Origin: Macrostomum lignano
Taxonomy: Eukaryota
Reading direction: 5' to 3'
Assembly (NCBI GenBank): GCA_002269645.1
Contig: NIVC01001147.1
Coordinates: 124,001 to 188,000 of the forward strand
DNA length: 64,000 nucleotides
The notes under the pieces are model-generated. The model searched no databases. It had not been told where the DNA came from and was given only the letters and a program-made list of their open reading frames with translations. Within the stretch, counting starts at the first letter, position 1. The number at the start of each line of letters is the position of its first letter. Below, piece after piece: positions 57,424 to 64,000 of this stretch. Made by a program: the position numbers and the translations under genes.

Positions 57424-60400
57424 CTATTCGTCTGTCTCCGCATCCGCCTCTTGCGGCGCTGTCGCAGACGCCGGAGCGTTCAAATTGAAACTGCGGCACT
57501 TCTTCAGCCGGCAGCTGTGGCCGGCCAATCTGGCAAAAAATCTTCGACAGTCTGGTCGGTGCGTTCGGCGGTCCAGTCGGAGCCAGGCCCGTTTGGGTGA
57601 CGTCACCTCGCGGACGGAGTACACCACGGCTAGGTTGTCGGCGTTCCTAACAGTGAAGGTTACCTGTTGATTGCGGTGGAAATTTTTCTGGTTTGAAAAC
57701 GCAGTTCACGGATTGGTCTAAGAGATCTGACGATTTTGATCTACAGATTCTGATCTATAGGGATCTATATATCTATCTCAGATCTATAACGAATATCTAT
57801 AGAGATCTGCTGATTCTGATCTATAGAGATCTGCTGATTCTAATCTATAGAGATCTGCTAATTCTGATCTATAGAGATCTGCTGATTCTGATCCATCGAT
57901 TCTGATCTATTGAGATCTGATTCTGATTCATCGATTCTGATCTATCGAGATCTGCTGATTCTGATCCATCGATTCTGATCTATTGAGATCTGATTCTGAT
58001 TAATCGATTCTGATCTATCGAGATCTGCTGATTCTGATCTATAGAGATCTGCTGATTCTGATCCATCGATTCTGATCTATCGAGATCTGCCTATTTTGCT
58101 CTGTAGTGATCTGCCGAGTCTGATCTATGGATATCTGCTGATGCTGGTTTCGGAGATCTAAAGATTCATATCGAGATCCATCGGTTTACCTAAATCCGGT
58201 TTATCCAGAGGCATATCAGTTCATCTAGAGATCTGTCTATTTCATTTAGACATCCGAATTGCATAAAAAACCAATGTCAAGACCTCTTACAGCAAACTTA
58301 GTCATCGAATCCCCTCTCGCAGTGCCTATACAGTTTATTTGAGGCAGGGGTTGTGTGCACCCTGGCGCACTTTAGGCGACATGTCACACAACCGGCGAGA
58401 GGCATTGCTGCCCATTCCGCCGACTCCCCTGAGCAGGCACACTCGGGCACGTACGCAGTCATGCGCTCCGGAACACTTACGCAGGAGTGTACAGCGGCCC
58501 TAACTTTATTTATCGTTAGGCATGTACTCTTCACTGTGCCTTGGGGGTTGGCAATCAAAGGCGTTAATTGCACGAGCAGAGCCAAGCCGAGATTCCAATT
58601 TAGCCCCAAAATTAATGTGACTGCATTTGGAATCGAGCCTGGGCCTCTGGCACATCGGAGCGCCGCGCCAGACCACTGGGCTACGGCCCAACAGTCTTAC
58701 CTGCAGTACGTCCCAGTCCACAATCATCTGAGCTGCTCTCCTCTCGGCGTATGCCTCGGCCAGCAACTTGGGCCCGTCGAGCACCGAGACTCTAGCTCGA
58801 AACGTCCGATTGTTAAGCTGCTCTGGCCCGGACGGCGGCCGGAAGATCTCGGACGAATGCAGAGTCAACTGAACCTGTCGCGGTGTCTCCGATAAAACCT
58901 GGCCGGAGATTCGCACGGTGCCCCACGGCTCAGCGATGGCGTCGCAGTCCCGGCAGAACCAGAGAAGGTTGCGCCACAGCAGAATTCCATGCTCCAGCTC
59001 GTCTCGCTGGTACCGGGCCAGCGACAGGTTGGCGTCGCCAACGGGATCAGCTCCGTTGTGCACCTCCAGTCTGGCCGCCACTCGCTGCTCGAGCATGGAC
59101 TGCAAAGATAGGAAATTGGAGACATTTGGTTGGGTATCCATGTAACTGGTATTGGCATGAGAGCCACAAATTGCAAACCAGATCCAATAACTTAAAAGCT
59201 CTACGTCATTAACAACCATGGATATGCTTGCTTGATTTTGCATTAGCTTGAAGCCTAAAATTGACAACTTAGTTGGGTCACTGTATCGGATTCCAATAGA
59301 TTGAGAGCCTAAAACCGGAAACTAAGATATGAGTTGCTGTATCGTATTCTGGATTGAGAGCCTAAAACCGGCTACTAACACTGGGTTGCTGTATCGGATT
59401 CTAGCTTGAGAGCCTCAAGTCGGCAACTAACATGGGTTGCTGTATCGGATTCTAGCTTGAGAGCCTCAAACCGGCAACTAACATGGGTTTCTAATATCGA
59501 ATTCTAGGTTAAGAGCCTCAAACCGGCAATTAACATGGGTTGCTGTATCGAATCTTCTAAGTTGAGAGCCTCAAACCGGCAATTAACATGGGTTGCTGTA
59601 TCGAATCTTCTAAGTTGAGAGCCTCAAACCGGCAATTAACATGGGCTGCTGTATCGATGGCAGCTAAGCCCCGCACTTACTCGAGTGACATTCTTGAGGT
59701 GAAACTCTGCCTGCCAGCGAGGCGCCAACGTCCCCAGCTCGGCATGCGATCGCATAGCAACGAAGCCCTTGCAGCCCGGCACCGTGACCTGACAAACCAG
59801 GCTGCTGTCGGCGACGCTGGCCTGCGGACAGTCGAGATTCGGGGAGGACAGCTCCGCTCGGATAACCAGTAGTTTGAGCAGCTTCTGAGCTCGATGAAAT
59901 CGAACTGCTAGTAGAACTCGGCCTACGTATGTCTGGTCGTCGCGGTCTGGCAAAGAAATGTTTTCAAAATCCCCATGAATTTGATTTCAGAGAATCACCC
60001 CCTTGTGCCTGAACTCACAAACCTACGTGTAGCACCCAAAAAGTCGCAGAACACATGAACCCTCTTGAGAATCGATTGAGAAACGCCCACCAACCCAACT
60101 GAAAGTCGCCCACCAACCCTCTGAGAATCGCCTACCAAACCCACTGAGAATCGCCCACCAACCCCACTGAGAATCGCCTACCAAACCCACTGAGAATCGC
60201 CCACCAACCCCACTGGAGAATCGCCCACACACCCCACTGAGAATCTCCCACCAAGCTCCTTGAGAATCGCCCTCACCCGGTCTCAAAATCATCCGGAACT
60301 CATCGAGAATTCTCTCGTGTCTGGGCAGGCTCGGATTCAGCTGAATCGAAGGCTGCAGCTGCGGCAGAATCAGCTGTCGTCGCCGATGCTCCATCAGTCG

Positions 60401-60950
60401 CTGCGACTCAGTCTTGGCCGCTGGCCGGCACGTGACCAGCGCGGTCGTCAGTCCGACATTGTCGTCCGCCAATTTTGAGTCGGCCTTTTGTTTGTTTTCG
60501 TTCCACAACTGGCACAGAAGCATCGACGCAATGAACCTGTGGGCTGAAAAGTCTTCATCTTCAGGCAGGTGCTTGATTAGCTGCTAATCACTGTAAAATC
60601 CTACAGCTTTTACTTTTACGTAAAAACGTTGATCCAGTCCAAAAGTTACACATAGGGGTCCTTGTCCTTTGGGATAACATTAGTTTCCTCCCCCTGATCA
60701 GTGGCTTTAAGTGGCTTCATTAGGTAACAGACGTCCAGAATCCTTCATTAGGGACACTGATACCCCCAGAGTCCTTCATAGAGACACTGGACATCCACCA
60801 GAGTCCTTCTCCAAACACGTTAATCAAACACGTTAATTATAATAATTGTTAATGTTAATAAAATTAACCAGTATCTATCTACTCACCGATTTGCAATATA
60901 AACTGCTTGTAAGCTTTCTCAAACAGAATTTCACTCGTCTGCTCCCTTTG
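57424..60950 (-). CDS. Divergent tandem-C2-domain (synaptotagmin-like fold) protein, family unassigned; exons 60950-60887 (tentative), 60558-60277, 59946-59681, 59099-58701, 57663-57424
   Basis: Exons join in frame (phases 1,1,0,0) with GTGAGT/GTGAGG/GTAAGT/GTAAGA donors. C2-like segments GRVLLAVRFHRAQKLLKLLVIRAE..APRWQAEFHL and WGTVRISG..VQLTLHSSE..VDWDVLQVTFTV. Start codon not established. Confidence 0.65.
57725..58140. repeat. 24-bp minisatellite GATCTGCTGATTCTGATCTATAGA
   Basis: Last intron of the C2 gene. Confidence 0.9.
58330..58689 (-). mobile_element. tRNA-derived SINE, second family, near full length
   Basis: Minus strand begins GGGCCGTAGCCCAGTGG (A box) with GGCTCGATTCC (B box); body shared with 54080-54290. 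Confidence 0.8.
59270..59660. repeat. 51-bp minisatellite GAGAGCCTCAAACCGGCAACTAACATGGGTTGCTGTATCGGATTCTAGCTT
   Basis: About 7 units, C2-gene intron. Confidence 0.9.
60065..60275. repeat. 24-bp minisatellite GAGAATCGCCCACCAACCCCCACT
   Basis: Starts at the donor of the C2-gene exon 60558-60277. Confidence 0.88.
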
Positions 60951-61321
60951 CTTCAGACATTAACATAATTAATTTGCTAAATAAAGCTATAAATTGATTA
61001 ACAATTAGCCGAAGAGCAAGGACAGGGATACTCGGCTAAACCTCCTGGATTTAGTTGCTATCTGTCAATCCCTCCAAAACAGACTCACCCACCCACCCAT
61101 CTGAAAACGAATACTGTACTGCTCTACCCTCAAGTGCTGAGGTTGTGACAGCTAGCTAGGTAAGAAAGAGAGAGAGAGCTTGTCATTGTCAGCTGTTAGT
61201 GTAAACAACAGCTTATGCAAGACAATCATTGTGATGTTCGTACTCTGCTTGTGTCTGTCTTCGTCCTGTGAGTGCATTGCATCTGTTAATTAATCAGTAA
61301 GCTAAATGCAATTTCCAGTTA

Positions 61322-61405
61322 GCGCACCCTGGCGCAGCGCCTTGGGCAACATCTTCCCACAACCAGTGGTGGCCCATTGCGCTGACTCCTGATCACACGC
61401 AAGAC
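61322..61405 (-). mobile_element. Degenerate 3' fragment of the second SINE family
   Basis: GCACCCTGGCGCA..CACAACC..GCCCATT..GACTCC is colinear with about 58347-58430. Confidence 0.5.
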
Positions 61406-61609
61406 CTGAAAAATTGCTTGATTCCCAAATACCCGTACAACAATACAGATCTTAGAGGCCTCGAACAAATGAGCAACATTAGTAACTCAGATATCCCATC
61501 CTAGACACTCGTGAGCAAGTAAAGTTGATTGACAGGTGCAATATACCACTATTAGAGCCACTCAGGTAAGGCTCTACACACTTCTTGGACAGAGAGAGCT
61601 GTCCAATTA

Positions 61610-61990
61610 NNNNNNNNNNNNNNNNNNNNNNNNNNNNNNNNNNNNNNNNNNNNNNNNNNNNNNNNNNNNNNNNNNNNNNNNNNNNNNNNNNNNNNNNNNN
61701 NNNNNNNNNNNNNNNNNNNNNNNNNNNNNNNNNNNNNNNNNNNNNNNNNNNNNNNNNNNNNNNNNNNNNNNNNNNNNNNNNNNNNNNNNNNNNNNNNNNN
61801 NNNNNNNNNNNNNNNNNNNNNNNNNNNNNNNNNNNNNNNNNNNNNNNNNNNNNNNNNNNNNNNNNNNNNNNNNNNNNNNNNNNNNNNNNNNNNNNNNNNN
61901 NNNNNNNNNNNNNNNNNNNNNNNNNNNNNNNNNNNNNNNNNNNNNNNNNNNNNNNNNNNNNNNNNNNNNNNNNNNNNNNNNNNNNNNNNN
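61610..61990. other. Assembly gap (N run)
   Basis: Seen directly. Confidence 1.
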
Positions 61991-64000
61991 CAACTGCGCC
62001 TCTAGCTTCAACCGTGTCTATTTGTCTAAAGAAACTGACTGCGTGCAAAATACAAGTGTACGGAAGCAGAATAACACGCCGTGAGCGTATTTTCGAACAG
62101 CCTGTGCATGCGCGAGACTGCTTGGTGTAGTTATTAGAAGGCAACTGCGCCTCTAGCTTCAACCGTGTCTATTTGTCTAAAGAAACTGACTGCGTGCAAA
62201 ATACAAGTGTACGGAAGCAGAATAACACGCGTGAGCGTATTTTCGAACGCCTGTGCATGCGCGAGACTGCTTGGTGTAGTTATTAGAAGGCAACTGCGCG
62301 CCTCTAGCTTCAACCGTGTCTATTTGTCTAAAGAAACTGACTGCGTGCAAAATACAAGTGTACGGAAGCAGAATAACACGCCGTGAGCGTATTTTCGAAC
62401 GCCTGTGCATGCGCGAGACTGCTTGGTGTAGTTATTAGAAGGCAACTGCGCCTCTAGCTTCAACCGTGTCTATTTGTCTAAAGAAACTGACTGCGTGCAA
62501 AATACAAGTGTACGGAAGCAGAATAACACGCCGTGAGCGTATTTTCGAACGCCTGTGCATGCGCGAGACTGCTTGGTGTAGTTATTAGAAGGCAACTGCG
62601 CCTCTAGCTTCAACCGTGTCTATTTGTCTAAAGAAACTGACTGCGTGCAAAATACAAGTGTACGGAAGCAGAATAACACGCCGTGAGCGTATTTTCGAAC
62701 GCCTGTGCATGCGCGAGACTGCTTGGTGTAGTTATTAGAAGGCAACTGCGCCTCTAGCTTCAACCGTGTCTATTTGTCTAAAGAAACTGACTGCGTGCAA
62801 AATACAAGTGTACGGAAGCAGAATAACACGCCGTGAGCGTATTTTCGAACGCCTGTGCATGCGCGAGACTGCTTGGTGTAGTTATTAGAAGGCAACTGCG
62901 CCTCTAGCTTCAACCGTGTCTATTTGTCTAAAGAAACTGACTGCGTGCAAAATACAAGTGTACGGAAGCAGAATAACACGCCGTGAGCGTATTTTCGAAC
63001 GCCTGTGCATGCGCGAGACTGCTTGGTGTAGTTATTAGAAGGCAACTGCGCCTCTAGCTTCAACCGTGTCTATTTGTCTAAAGAAACTGACTGCGTGCAA
63101 AATACAAGTGTACGGAAGCAGAATAACACGCCGTGAGCGTATTTTCGAACGCCTGTGCATGCGCGAGACTGCTTGGTGTAGTTATTAGAAGGCAACTGCG
63201 CCTCTAGCTTCAACCGTGTCTATTTGTCTAAAGAAACTGACTGCGTGCAAAATACAAGTGTACGGAAGCAGAATAACACGCCGTGAGCGTATTTTCGAAC
63301 GCCTGTGCATGCGCGAGACTGCTTGGTGTAGTTATTAGAAGGCAACTGCGCCTCTAGCTTCAACCGTGTCTATTTGTCTAAAGAAACTGACTGCGTGCAA
63401 AATACAAGTGTACGGAAGCAGAATAACACGCCGTGAGCGTATTTTCGAACGCCTGTGCATGCGCGAGACTGCTTGGTGTAGTTATTAGAAGGCAACTGCG
63501 CCTCTAGCTTCAACCGTGTCTATTTGTCTAAAGAAACTGACTGCGTGCAAAATACAAGTGTACGGAAGCAGAATAACACGCCGTGAGCGTATTTTCGAAC
63601 GCCTGTGCATGCGCGAGACTGCTTGGTGTAGTTATTAGAAGGCAACTGCGCCTCTAGCTTCAACCGTGTCTATTTGTCTAAAGAAACTGACTGCGTGCAA
63701 AATACAAGTGTACGGAAGCAGAATAACACGCCGTGAGCGTATTTTCGAACGCCTGTGCATGCGCGAGACTGCTTGGTGTAGTTATTAGAAGGCAACTGCG
63801 CCTCTAGCTTCAACCGTGTCTATTTGTCTAAAGAAACTGACTGCGTGCAAAATACAAGTGTACGGAAGCAGAATAACACGCCGTGAGCGTATTTTCGAAC
63901 GCCTGTGCATGCGCGAGACTGCTTGGTGTAGTTATTAGAAGGCAACTGCGCCTCTAGCTTCAACCGTGTCTATTTGTCTAAAGAAACTGACTGCGTGCAA
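61991..64000. repeat. 150-bp CpG-rich satellite DNA, at least 13 units, runs off the window
   Basis: Exact 150-bp period from about 62440 onwards; the first units carry 1-bp indels. Confidence 0.98.

Noticed and set aside
61479-62162. ORFs spanning the N run
   Set aside because: Artefacts of the assembly gap.
61991-64000. 150-bp unit as an SL RNA, 5S rRNA or hammerhead ribozyme array
   Set aside because: No SL exon ending in ATG followed by a donor and Sm site, no 5S similarity, and no CTGANGA/GAAA hammerhead core on either strand by eye.

Overview
Eukaryotic (metazoan) genomic DNA with GT-AG introns. The style (Q/A/H-rich GC-rich exons, minisatellite-filled introns, AT-rich outron-like leaders, a 150-bp satellite) suggests the flatworm Macrostomum; this is an inference, not a database match. 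Seven spliced genes can be reconstructed with consistent intron phases: a 5'-truncated RIM/unc-10 (PDZ-C2A-C2B, 121-22836, +), TPGS2 (-), SSR4/TRAP-delta (+), PDCD6/ALG-2 (+), an Alx-family homeobox gene (+), RAE1 (+) and an unnamed divergent tandem-C2 protein (-). Mobile DNA: a 698-bp foldback DNA element with an 8-bp TSD, two CORE-type tRNA-SINEs, a second tRNA-SINE group, and a Merlin/IS1595-like transposase relic. After an assembly gap the window ends in a near-perfect 150-bp satellite. The main unexplained pattern is that essentially every intron longer than about 150 bp holds its own private tandem array. Some arrays are built from the splice-site sequence itself, and synonymous GC content in exons rises towards the arrays. 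Most long ORFs in the supplied track are artefacts of these repeats. Coordinates were counted by hand; repeat edges are approximate.
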